A stretch of 64,000 bases of DNA from Terriglobia bacterium (lineage in GTDB: Bacteria; Acidobacteriota; Terriglobia; 20CM-2-55-15): assembly GCA_965198225.1 (NCBI GenBank), contig CBDAOY010000003.1:1-64000 (forward strand), in the 5' to 3' direction. The translations under genes were made by a program, and so were the position numbers. This document shows positions 55,539-64,000 of the stretch, in pieces (the first letter of the stretch is position 1; each line of letters starts with the position of its first letter). The notes beneath the pieces are model-generated. The model saw nothing but the letters and a program-made list of their open reading frames with translations. It did not search any database and was not told the DNA's origin.

Positions 55539-56107
55539 AGAACACTCGCACCAGGGAGGCCGAGAAGAGAGCGCGACAGCGCGGAGTGACTCTGATCGAA
55601 GTCATGATATCGGTAGGTTTCCTGAGCGTTGCCTTGATGGGCGCTGCCCTTACGATGGCGACCGGCATTTCCTCTGTCCTCATCAGTCAGGAGCAACTCC
55701 TGGGCAAGCAGAAGGCCCGCGAGGCGATCGAAAGCGTCTTTACCTCGCGGAACACCCAGAACGTCACTTTCGACCAGATCCGGAACGTGGCCGACGGCGG
55801 TATTTTCCTGGACGGTCTCCAACAGCTCAGGCAGATGGGCGTCGACGGAATCGCCAATACGGCCGACGATGCGGCCGCCAATGTCGAGACTTTGACGACT
55901 ACCGGACCGGACGGCCAGCTTGGAACGGCCGATGACGTGGTTCGAACGCTGACTACTTTTCAACGCAGTGTCACGATTACCGACGTCCTGATGGCAAACA
56001 ATACCGTCGATCCGGACGTTCGCCAGATCCAGGTCCTGGTTCAGTACACATTCAGGGGCGTGCAGCGAACGATCACGATCAGTTCCATGATTTCCCGATT
56101 CAGTTGA
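55535..56107 (+). CDS. PilV-like minor pilin (set 1)
   Basis: G|VTLIEVMIS. Confidence 0.78.
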   Translation: MKNTRTREAEKRARQRGVTLIEVMISVGFLSVALMGAALTMATGISSVLISQEQLLGKQKAREAIESVFTSRNTQNVTFDQIRNVADGGIFLDGLQQLRQMGVDGIANTADDAAANVETLTTTGPDGQLGTADDVVRTLTTFQRSVTITDVLMANNTVDPDVRQIQVLVQYTFRGVQRTITISSMISRFS

Positions 56108-56119
56108 TGGGAGCTTGAT

Positions 56120-57163
56120 TTGATGCTCGAAACACAACGTTTCCAGACTCGCTCAGACCAAAGCGGGTTTACTCTCGTCGAGTTCCTCGTCGCCAGCGGT
56201 GCCACCTTGATCATTATGGCTGCGACTTTCACGCTACTCGGATCCATCTTTTCGTCCAACACGACCATGGTCCGTGTCATGGATACGCAGCAGAAGATCC
56301 GGGTTGGGCTGAACGAACTGGCCCGGGAGACAGTCCGCGCGGGAACCGGGTTGCCGGGCGGCGGAATCAACATCCCGAACGGCAACAACTCCCAGCCCAT
56401 TGTGCGTCCGGGCGTCGCGGGCAACAACCTGCCGACCCCGAACAATATCCTCGCCATCCTCAGTCCCGGAGACGGAGTCGGACCTACGATTGCTAATGTG
56501 CCGACAGACGTGATCACGATTCTGACGGTCGATCAGGCGGCGCCAAACTGGAACATCGACGATATCAATCCCGCGGGGAACAATGTGGACTGGGTCCAGG
56601 ACATCAGCCAGGGAGAGTTTCAGCTGGTCGTCGGCGATCTTCTCCTGTTCAACAACGTGAACGCATCGGTCTTTGCCCAGGTCACGAACGTTCAGACGAA
56701 CGGGAACAACAATAGCGCGATCTTCGCGAACAGCGATCCGCTGGGGTTCAACCAGCCGAGTGCCGCCAACGGGAACATCAACTCGCTCGCCAACGCGGGG
56801 AATCCCGTCACTTTTCCTCCGACGACCGCCACAAGGGTCCGGATCATCACCTACTACCTGGACAACACGGACGTTCTACACCCCAAGTTGATGCGGCAGG
56901 AGAACTCCGGGAGCGTACAGGTCGTCGCGGAGGACATATACAACCTGCAGTTCTCTTATGATTTGTTCGATTTCGCGACGAATACCGACACCGTGAACCA
57001 GGCGACGACGAACTCGCCCAACCAGATTCGTGCGGTTTCGATATCGATCGATGGGCGGTCGACCAGCGTGGACCCCAGGACCAACGATTATTTCCGATTC
57101 GGGCTGGTTTCAAAAGTCAACGTGCGGAACGCGACGTTCCGGAACCGGTACCAGGGAAGCTGA
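56120..57163 (+). CDS. PilW-like minor pilin (set 1)
   Basis: G|FTLVEFLVA, RAG, VAEDIYNLQFSY, VNVRN. Confidence 0.8.
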   Translation: MMLETQRFQTRSDQSGFTLVEFLVASGATLIIMAATFTLLGSIFSSNTTMVRVMDTQQKIRVGLNELARETVRAGTGLPGGGINIPNGNNSQPIVRPGVAGNNLPTPNNILAILSPGDGVGPTIANVPTDVITILTVDQAAPNWNIDDINPAGNNVDWVQDISQGEFQLVVGDLLLFNNVNASVFAQVTNVQTNGNNNSAIFANSDPLGFNQPSAANGNINSLANAGNPVTFPPTTATRVRIITYYLDNTDVLHPKLMRQENSGSVQVVAEDIYNLQFSYDLFDFATNTDTVNQATTNSPNQIRAVSISIDGRSTSVDPRTNDYFRFGLVSKVNVRNATFRNRYQGS

Positions 57164-57173
57164 GGAAACTACC

Positions 57174-59750
57174 ATGAAAAGGGTGCATGACAACCACGAG
57201 GGCTTCGTCCTGTTGACGTCCCTGATCGTCATCGTGATCATGACCGGTCTGATCTTGACGTTCGTGGACCAGGTGCGAACCGAACAGAACATCGCAGGCA
57301 ACGACCTGGACTACACGAATGCGTTCTACGCCGCCGAAGCCGGCCTGGAAAAACAGAACGCCGACCTGTCGAAACTCTTCCAGCTGACCATTTTCCCGAC
57401 GACGGCGCAGATTGACGCGATCGAGGCGGTGGCGAGCCGGCCGGTGTTGCCGAACATCACCTACGCCGAGTACACGGTGACCGGCGGGCAGTCGACGAAC
57501 CTGACCGCTGCGATCAACGACACCACGACCACGATTCCCGTGGTAGCCACGGCAGGATGGCCAACCACCGGATACCTCATGATCGACTCCGAGGAAATCA
57601 CCTACACGGGGTTGACCGCTACGTCTTTCACGGGTGTGGCTCGCGGCGCCAACGCAACGACTGCCGCCGCGCACGGCACCGCCAGGATTGTTTCGCGATC
57701 CCGGGTGGTCCTGATGACCGAGGGGCCCAACGAAGGCCTCGCTGCGCAGGTGATCCCGTTCGACCTGACCGTCACGGCCCAGGCGGGACGCGGGTCTGAA
57801 GCCCGGCTGAATCGGCAGGCGCAGGTCGCGTTGATACCCGTCTTTCAGTTCGGAGTCTTTTCGGATTCCGACCTGGCGTTTCACGCCGGCCCCAGCTTTG
57901 ATTTCGGCGGACGTGTTCACACGAACGGCAACCTGTTCCTGATGCAGGGCGGCGGATCCGGCAACACCTTGACGATGTCCCAGCGAGTCACGGCGGTCGC
58001 AGAGGTGATCCGGATGCAGCGCAGCAACCGTCGGGTCAACGATTCCCACCTGCGCACGGTGCGCGTCCTGACCAGCCCTGGCAACTTCCGGAACCTGGCC
58101 TTGAGCGAGGGCAGTGTCGTCGCCGGGCTTGGTTCGGCCTCCAACGCCGCCTGGCCGGGGCTTTCGCTGACGACTTACAACGGCAACATCCTGAACGGCG
58201 ACACGGGTGCCAAACCGCTCACGCTGCCGTTCGCCGGGGGAGGAGCGGCGCCGATCGAAATCATACGCCGGCCTCCAGCGGCCGAAGATCCGACTTCGAT
58301 CCTGGGCCAGTCCCGTCTCTACAATCAGGCCAGCGTTCGGATCCTCGTGTCGGATTCGACGGCGAACCTGCCGGGTAACGTCGGCTATCCGCTGAACGCC
58401 AACCTGGAGGGGAATCCCTGGAATTACACCGTGGATGCCACGCATCCGCCGTTCGCGATGACCGACGCCTCGGACTCTGATTTCAAGGATGCGCTCGGAA
58501 ACGACGAGACCACCGACAGCCCCGCGATCGACGGGTTCATCAAGGTCGACATCAAGCTGCTGAATGGGAACTGGCAGGATGTGACGATGGAGGTGCTCAA
58601 CCTGGGAATCTCCCAGAACAATGCGGACGCGATCCTGAAGTTCCAGCGGCTGAAGACCGGAGCGTCGGCGGGGAGCACAACCGCCACGGACTACTGGTCG
58701 CTGAAGCTTTACGACACGCGTGAGGGAGAACTCCGGCAGTACATTTCGTCGGGCCCGAACACTAAGCCGTCGAACATGACGAAGCTGGGGCTGATGGGGC
58801 TCGTCGAGCTGGACGTCACAAACTTGAGGCGCTGGTTCGAGGGCACGATAGGCATCAACGGCGTGAACGCCTTGAACAACAGCGGCTACATCGTTTACTT
58901 CTCGGATCGTCGTGGAAACCGGGACAACAACGGCAACGAAACCGGGCAGTTCGGCTGGGAAGACTACGTGAACCCTGGCAGCCAGCAGGGAACGCCGAAC
59001 GGCACGCTGGACGAAGGCGAAGACGTGAACGAGAATGCCACATTGGAGACGTACGGAGCCAACCAGCCGATCGCGCCGTTCGCACCGAGCACCGACCTCT
59101 GGGCGAACCGCTACAACCAGAACCAGGCGAAGAAGAACAGGATCTACTATTTCCGCCGAGGGTTAAGACTCGTCAACGGCAGTGGCGCCAACCTGCCAGA
59201 TCCAGGTTTCACGGTCTCGGCCGAGAACGCTGTCTATGTCCAGGGAAACTACAACGCCGACAACACCGGCTTCGGCGGGACGCACTCCTACGCCGCGGTC
59301 ATCGCCGACACGGTCAAACTGCTGTCCAACGCCTGGTCGGACGACAAGTCGTTCAGCCATCCCCAGAGTCTGTCCTCGTCGGGACGCAACGCCACATCGA
59401 CCTGGTTCCGCGTCGCGCTTGCGGCGGGGAAGACCCCGATGTTCACCTACCCGACCAACACGATCAGCGACGGCGGTTTTGGGGGCGACGGCGGCGTGCA
59501 CAATTTCTTCCACTACATGGAGCGCTGGTCCGGCGACACCTTGAGCTACCTCGGTTCCCTGGTCTCGCTCTATCATTCCCATCAGACGATCGGCCTGATG
59601 AAGTGCTGTGCGATCACGTACTCTCCGCCGACACGGAACTTCACGTTCGACGTCGAGTTCCTGGTGCCGTCCCAGCTGCCGCCCGGGACGCCCCGGTTCC
59701 GGGACATCAACAACCTGTCGTTCCGGCAGACGATTCGGTCCGACTTTTGA
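57174..59750 (+). CDS. Large PilX-like protein (858 aa) with extended adhesin-like C-terminal region
   Basis: G|FVLLTSL (no Glu5), AFYAAEAGLE PilX motif, GRVHTNGN, GEDVNENATL, GGVHNFFHYMERW. Confidence 0.8.
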   Translation: MKRVHDNHEGFVLLTSLIVIVIMTGLILTFVDQVRTEQNIAGNDLDYTNAFYAAEAGLEKQNADLSKLFQLTIFPTTAQIDAIEAVASRPVLPNITYAEYTVTGGQSTNLTAAINDTTTTIPVVATAGWPTTGYLMIDSEEITYTGLTATSFTGVARGANATTAAAHGTARIVSRSRVVLMTEGPNEGLAAQVIPFDLTVTAQAGRGSEARLNRQAQVALIPVFQFGVFSDSDLAFHAGPSFDFGGRVHTNGNLFLMQGGGSGNTLTMSQRVTAVAEVIRMQRSNRRVNDSHLRTVRVLTSPGNFRNLALSEGSVVAGLGSASNAAWPGLSLTTYNGNILNGDTGAKPLTLPFAGGGAAPIEIIRRPPAAEDPTSILGQSRLYNQASVRILVSDSTANLPGNVGYPLNANLEGNPWNYTVDATHPPFAMTDASDSDFKDALGNDETTDSPAIDGFIKVDIKLLNGNWQDVTMEVLNLGISQNNADAILKFQRLKTGASAGSTTATDYWSLKLYDTREGELRQYISSGPNTKPSNMTKLGLMGLVELDVTNLRRWFEGTIGINGVNALNNSGYIVYFSDRRGNRDNNGNETGQFGWEDYVNPGSQQGTPNGTLDEGEDVNENATLETYGANQPIAPFAPSTDLWANRYNQNQAKKNRIYYFRRGLRLVNGSGANLPDPGFTVSAENAVYVQGNYNADNTGFGGTHSYAAVIADTVKLLSNAWSDDKSFSHPQSLSSSGRNATSTWFRVALAAGKTPMFTYPTNTISDGGFGGDGGVHNFFHYMERWSGDTLSYLGSLVSLYHSHQTIGLMKCCAITYSPPTRNFTFDVEFLVPSQLPPGTPRFRDINNLSFRQTIRSDF

Positions 59751-59844
59751 GTGAGATCCTCGTCCTGACGACGAGCGAGCATCAGGCTCTTCCCTAAGAA
59801 ATCTTGCCGTGCCTGCCGTCCCGGGGGTAAGGGCCCGGGTCCGG

Positions 59845-60296
59845 TTGAGCCGGCAGCTCGGAATGACAATGTTCGAAGTCCTTATCGTCGTGATGATCCT
59901 CGCGACGTGTCCTTTCTAACGATCGTCGGCATGGCCGCGCTCCCGCAGCTACTGGAAACCCGCGACAATTATCGATTGACGGCCGTGGCGAGCGAGCTCA
60001 CTGGAAACATCACCAACGCCCGGATCATGTCGATAACACGGAACGTGGACGTCCGTGTGACAACGTTGAGCACGACCAGCTACGTCCTGCAACAGGCGAA
60101 CGGCAACAACTGGACCACCCAGGAGACACACACGATGGCGACGGGGTTTACGCTGGCCCCCGCAAATCCCGGGGAAACAGCGGTGTTCCACTCCAGGGGG
60201 AACGCCAGCCCCGTCACCACCTTTACGATCACGAATCCCAACAGCCTTACCCGACAGGTCGTCGTCGAGGCTTCGGGTCGAATCCATGCGCAATAG
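59845..60296 (+). pseudogene. FimT/FimU-like minor pilin (set 2), frameshifted near 59905-59921
   Basis: LSRQLG|MTMFEVLIVVMILAT-CPF* (stop 59917); body IVGMAALPQL...FHSRG..SGRI lies in another frame. Confidence 0.8.
59908..59930 (+). repeat. 23-bp perfect inverted repeat, left copy (partner 63179-63201)
   Basis: TGTCCTTTCTAACGATCGTCGGC is the exact reverse complement of 63179-63201. Confidence 0.95.
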
Positions 60297-60726
60297 CCGA
60301 GGCTTCACGCTGATCGAAACCCTGGTCGCCACCGCTATCCTGGTGTCGGGTCTGGTTGCGGTGGCCTATATGTTCAGCTATTCGGCACGGACGAACATCA
60401 CGACCCAGCAGATCACCTCGGGTACGCTGCTCCTCTACAATAAGATGGAGGAGCTGAAGGCGTCAGGGATGGCGAACCTCACCGTCGGCGGCGGGCTGAG
60501 CGGAGCGGCTCCGACGCCCAACTACTTCGACTACGTCTCGATTGGCACCAACGGCGCAATTGTTTCCGATACGGTGACGGCCTCTGCGCCATACGTGCGT
60601 GTCTGGCAGATCACGGGCGCGAACCCGAGGACGGTGACGATCGTCGTCTTCGCTCAGCGGGCCGGAATAGGAGGTCAGCGGATGGAACTGATCCGTGCGA
60701 CGACCAGCGTGACTTCGACGTTCTGA
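60286..60726 (+). CDS. PilV-like minor pilin (set 2)
   Basis: G|FTLIETLVA, KMEELK. Confidence 0.8.
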   Translation: MRNSRGFTLIETLVATAILVSGLVAVAYMFSYSARTNITTQQITSGTLLLYNKMEELKASGMANLTVGGGLSGAAPTPNYFDYVSIGTNGAIVSDTVTASAPYVRVWQITGANPRTVTIVVFAQRAGIGGQRMELIRATTSVTSTF

Positions 60727-61622
60727 TGCTCCAAGGAAACGCCATCGCTAGAGCGCGGGGCTTCTCGCTCATCGAGTTGATGTTCGCGATGTCGATCACG
60801 ATGGGTCTCGGTCTGATCGTCTTCCAGATGTTCCTGCAGAACGAACGAGTGTTCCAGGACCAGAACCTGGTTCTGGAGATGCAACAGAGTACCCGCGCGG
60901 TCGCCTCGATGGTCGTCGACGAGGTGCGGAAGGCCGGCCAGGGAATCCCGGTTTACAGCGCCGGCCAGGACGCGGCCGTCGCGGAGGCCGCCCAGGCTTT
61001 CCTGGACGGGACGAACGCCGGGACGCTGCGCTTCCGGGCCGGAATCCGCAACGCCGTAACTACGACCGCCAACCCCCTGGCCTACACCCTGAACAACTCG
61101 GCGACGATCACGGTGGCCAGCGCGGCGTCGATCAACGCCATTGTCGGCGCCAATACAGGGCGGTTCGTCTACCTGTGGGGACCGACAGCGAACTCCTGGA
61201 CATGGGTGCGGGCGGAAATCACGGCCATCAACGCCGGAGCCAACCAGATCACCGCGACGACGCGACAGATGAGCGGTCAGGGCGGAACGTTCTCATCGAC
61301 TCCGACGGTATCCCTGGAGGAGGGCATTTCCTACCGCCTGTCCAACGGCGCGATCCTTCGTGGGACAACCACGACTTTCACGAACCTCACGAATCCGACG
61401 TTCACCGAAAGCACCGTCGGAAACAACTTCGCGACGCTGGCCTTCACCTACTACGACGCCAGTAACACGGCCGTCAATCCGACGAACTTGGCCTCGCGGT
61501 CGACGATTCGGCGGGTGGACCTCACGGTGGCCGGCGAAACTTCGGATACGTTATCGACCGGTTCCCGGCAATCCTACCCGGTGACGCTTTCGGTGTACCC
61601 CAGGAATGCCGGTTTGAATTGA
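60726..61622 (+). CDS. PilW-like minor pilin (set 2)
   Basis: G|FSLIELMFA, EMQQSTR, EVRKAG, LAFTYYD, VYPRN. Confidence 0.8.
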   Translation: MLQGNAIARARGFSLIELMFAMSITMGLGLIVFQMFLQNERVFQDQNLVLEMQQSTRAVASMVVDEVRKAGQGIPVYSAGQDAAVAEAAQAFLDGTNAGTLRFRAGIRNAVTTTANPLAYTLNNSATITVASAASINAIVGANTGRFVYLWGPTANSWTWVRAEITAINAGANQITATTRQMSGQGGTFSSTPTVSLEEGISYRLSNGAILRGTTTTFTNLTNPTFTESTVGNNFATLAFTYYDASNTAVNPTNLASRSTIRRVDLTVAGETSDTLSTGSRQSYPVTLSVYPRNAGLN

Positions 61623-61652
61623 CGCTGCCAGAGAGCGAAACTTCAGCATGGG

Positions 61653-61949
61653 GTGTAGGGGCGCTCTATGAGGGCAGGTGGTCTGGGTTCGAAACGTGTA
61701 GGTGCGCTCTATGAGCGTACGTGGTTTCGGTTCGAACAATGTGCGGTCATAGACCATTGGTGTCCAAAGCGTCTGCAGGGAACTCCTCTGGTGCGGGATA
61801 AGCCCGTTCGAATCAGTAGGCGCAGGGTCAAGTCCCCAGAGAGGTTTCGGTGCCGGAGACAAGCGAAACTCTTGGCTCGGGTGTAGGGGCGCTCTATGAG
61901 CGCACGTGTTTCGGTTCGAAGAGTGTGCGGTCATAGACCGCACCTACAC
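61653..61949. repeat. GTAG-type REP cluster between convergent pilin genes
   Basis: About five full or partial units of GTGTAGG(T/G)GCGCTCTATGAGCG and GTGCGGTCATAGACCGCACCTACAC. Confidence 0.8.
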
Positions 61950-61981
61950 CTCGTGCGCACAAGGGCCGGCAGATCAAGCGT

Positions 61982-63247
61982 CTAGTACTCCCGCAGGGAT
62001 ATGGGCGAGTACGGGAAACTGCCGTTGGCGTTGGCAATCGTGGAAGTATCGTAGCGGATTCCATTGCCGCCGCCGCCGTTGAAATCGGCGATCACGTCGC
62101 CGCGTGAAGCGAGCACGGGCCCGAGCGGGTCCTGAGCCGTCTGGGTTCCGCGGCTCTTTGCGATGAGTATTCCCCCTCGGACCTCTCCATTTCCGCCACC
62201 GTTCCAGTGCAACTCTCCCTGACCGATGACCAGGATCAGACCGTTCCAGGCGAAGTTACCGCGCACCGTGAGGACTCCACGGACGAGCAGGATGCCGTAC
62301 CCGGTGCCGGGACCGAACTCGGCGTCGCCGTGCACGACCACGACACGGTAGTCATTGGCCGCCCCGATGCTTCCGATAGCCTGAGTGTTCCCAAATCCCG
62401 GTGTATACGAGTCGGTCGCCGCACCTGACAGGCTCGAAACCACCGTCTCGAGTCCCGCAGGGGTCGTCAGCAGCCCAGTCAGCTCCCCGCTGACGTCTGC
62501 GACGTCTGGAATGCCACCACCGTCACCGGTGTAGTTTGCCTGGCGGTTGTTGGGGATCGCGTTGGTTATCGTCGTGTCGTCCTGGCCCGAAATCGCGCCG
62601 ATAGCGTTCTCGTTGTTCCCGCTGCCGGCCTGATCGTTCCCGTCTATCCGGAAGAGGTTGGAGTTGGCCGCATCGAAGCATGGGGGGGGACCCGTACAAA
62701 CGCCACCATCGAGCGTCAACGCGGCAGGAATTGCGGGGAAGCTCCCACGTTTTGCATCGACCTCGATGATTCGAGTGGCGCTACCGATCCGAGCGATACT
62801 CACGAGCGTGATGACCTCGTTGGTATCTACCGTGGAGGCCGCTCCGTCCGCGACATCGTTGCGCAAGAACACGTGGTAGGTCCCGACCGTCCGACCGTCC
62901 GGGTCTACCAGAACCTGACCGGTGGCCCTCAGGTTGGCGTCTGACGGTAGAAGAGGGCGATCGTCGGTGGCCAGGAGCGTTGTCAGGTCGGCGGCCGTGG
63001 ACAGATTCGAGTCGACTCCGGCAGCCGTTACGAGGTCCGTATTGATGGCGTTCGCCGATCCCCGCAGAGCTTCTCGACCGGCGTCGATCCCGGCCTCGGC
63101 CAGAAACAGCAACTGAGTGTTGACCTTGTAGTTGTCGGCAATCTTGACGTCGACGGTCGTTGATGTCAGCAGGGCGGCGCCGACGATCGTTAGAAAGGAC
63201 AACAAGATCAGGGCCGTGATCAGGGCCATGCCTCGCTGTGGTTTCAC
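61982..63247 (-). CDS. PilX-like minor pilin (set 2), opposite strand
   Basis: G|MALITALILL (no Glu5), LFLAEAGID, GxGILLVxG beta-helix repeats. Confidence 0.8.
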   Translation of the reverse strand: MKPQRGMALITALILLSFLTIVGAALLTSTTVDVKIADNYKVNTQLLFLAEAGIDAGREALRGSANAINTDLVTAAGVDSNLSTAADLTTLLATDDRPLLPSDANLRATGQVLVDPDGRTVGTYHVFLRNDVADGAASTVDTNEVITLVSIARIGSATRIIEVDAKRGSFPAIPAALTLDGGVCTGPPPCFDAANSNLFRIDGNDQAGSGNNENAIGAISGQDDTTITNAIPNNRQANYTGDGGGIPDVADVSGELTGLLTTPAGLETVVSSLSGAATDSYTPGFGNTQAIGSIGAANDYRVVVVHGDAEFGPGTGYGILLVRGVLTVRGNFAWNGLILVIGQGELHWNGGGNGEVRGGILIAKSRGTQTAQDPLGPVLASRGDVIADFNGGGGNGIRYDTSTIANANGSFPYSPISLREY

Positions 63248-63499
63248 CGCATCACACTCCCGGGAACAAGTTACCCACAGTAGTTCATGCTTGGCTCCAC
63301 AGGCAATACAGGAAACACCTAGGTGATTCCCTGCAATATAATCAGAATTTAACCTACTACAGGATAATGAAACAGCAAGGGCAGGGAAAGGGCAAGCACT
63401 TTGGCTACCACGGGCTGCTAGAGGTCGCCGGTGCTGCAGATTCGCGAGAAGATAGGCAGATCGGGCCGAAGGTCGTCTCCGGCCCGAAATCGCAGGAGA

Positions 63500-64000
63500 T
63501 CAGACGGCCTTGACGAGGCCTTCCCGGATTGCGTACCGGATCAGCTCTCCGATCGTCCGGAGTCCCAGCTTGTCCATGATGTGCTGTCGATGCGTGTGGA
63601 TCGTCTTTGGGCTGACGAACAGCGTCTTTGCGACCTCGCTGGATGACTTGCCCTCCGCGAGCAGGTAGAAGACTTCCTTCTCACGTGGAGTCAGCGCCTC
63701 CAGGCCCCGTCGCGATTGTTCCTCACCCGGCTGCAGGTTCGCGAGGACCTTCGTCACGTCGGTGGAGAAGACCGAGCCTCCCTGATGAATCGTGCGGACC
63801 GCGGTGACGAGCTCGTTGTCGAGCGAGTCCTTCAGCAGGTACCCGGCAGCTCCGGCGGTCACGGCACCCGCGATCACCTGTCGCTCGCTGTGCACGGTAA
63901 GCATCAGAACCTTCGAGCCGCCCTTGGTGGCGATCTCCCGGGTGCTTTCGATACCGTTCTGACCGGGCATCGAGATGTCCATGATCACAATATCGGGATG
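63500..64000 (-). CDS. NarL/LuxR-family response regulator (5' end outside window)
   Basis: PDIVIMDISMP receiver, GAAGYLLK, LTPREKEV..SPKTIHTHRQHIMDKL HTH. Confidence 0.92.
   Translation of the reverse strand, partial: HPDIVIMDISMPGQNGIESTREIATKGGSKVLMLTVHSERQVIAGAVTAGAAGYLLKDSLDNELVTAVRTIHQGGSVFSTDVTKVLANLQPGEEQSRRGLEALTPREKEVFYLLAEGKSSSEVAKTLFVSPKTIHTHRQHIMDKLGLRTIGELIRYAIREGLVKAV

Overview
Bacterial chromosome segment, probably Acidobacteriota-like (inferred from gene content and order), in two halves. (1) Positions 1 to ~38355 are an accessory island attached to the 3' end of a tmRNA gene (38356-38707, minus strand), with an intact P4-type tyrosine integrase next to it. No second att copy is visible, so the island probably runs off the left edge. 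Cargo: SRAP, oxyR with an exported katG, several defence-type genes (AbiJ-like HEPN, UDG-fold protein, IS-split HEPN gene, ABC-ATPase/TOPRIM, helicase IV-like nuclease-helicase), a partial conjugation module (VirB5/B6/B8/VirD4/VirB11-like), a methyltransferase, a beta-barrel and many IS elements (IS256 x2, IS1595, IS21 and IS66 nested in IS481, IS1182, remnants). (2) Positions ~38900-64000 are core genes: aminotransferase, degP, lipoate ligase, hrcA-grpE-dnaJ-prmA-rsmE, lepB, carAB, two sets of type IV minor pilin genes and a response regulator. Most notable signals: a 90-bp direct repeat of the integrase's own catalytic 3' end bracketing a 3.3-kb helicase cassette; a perfect 23-bp inverted repeat placed in register inside two oppositely oriented pilin genes (possible invertible pilin switch); a MITE-like element with a candidate promoter between hrcA and grpE; and an unannotated ~186-nt 6S-like structured RNA candidate. 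All calls come from motif recognition by eye; no database search was run.
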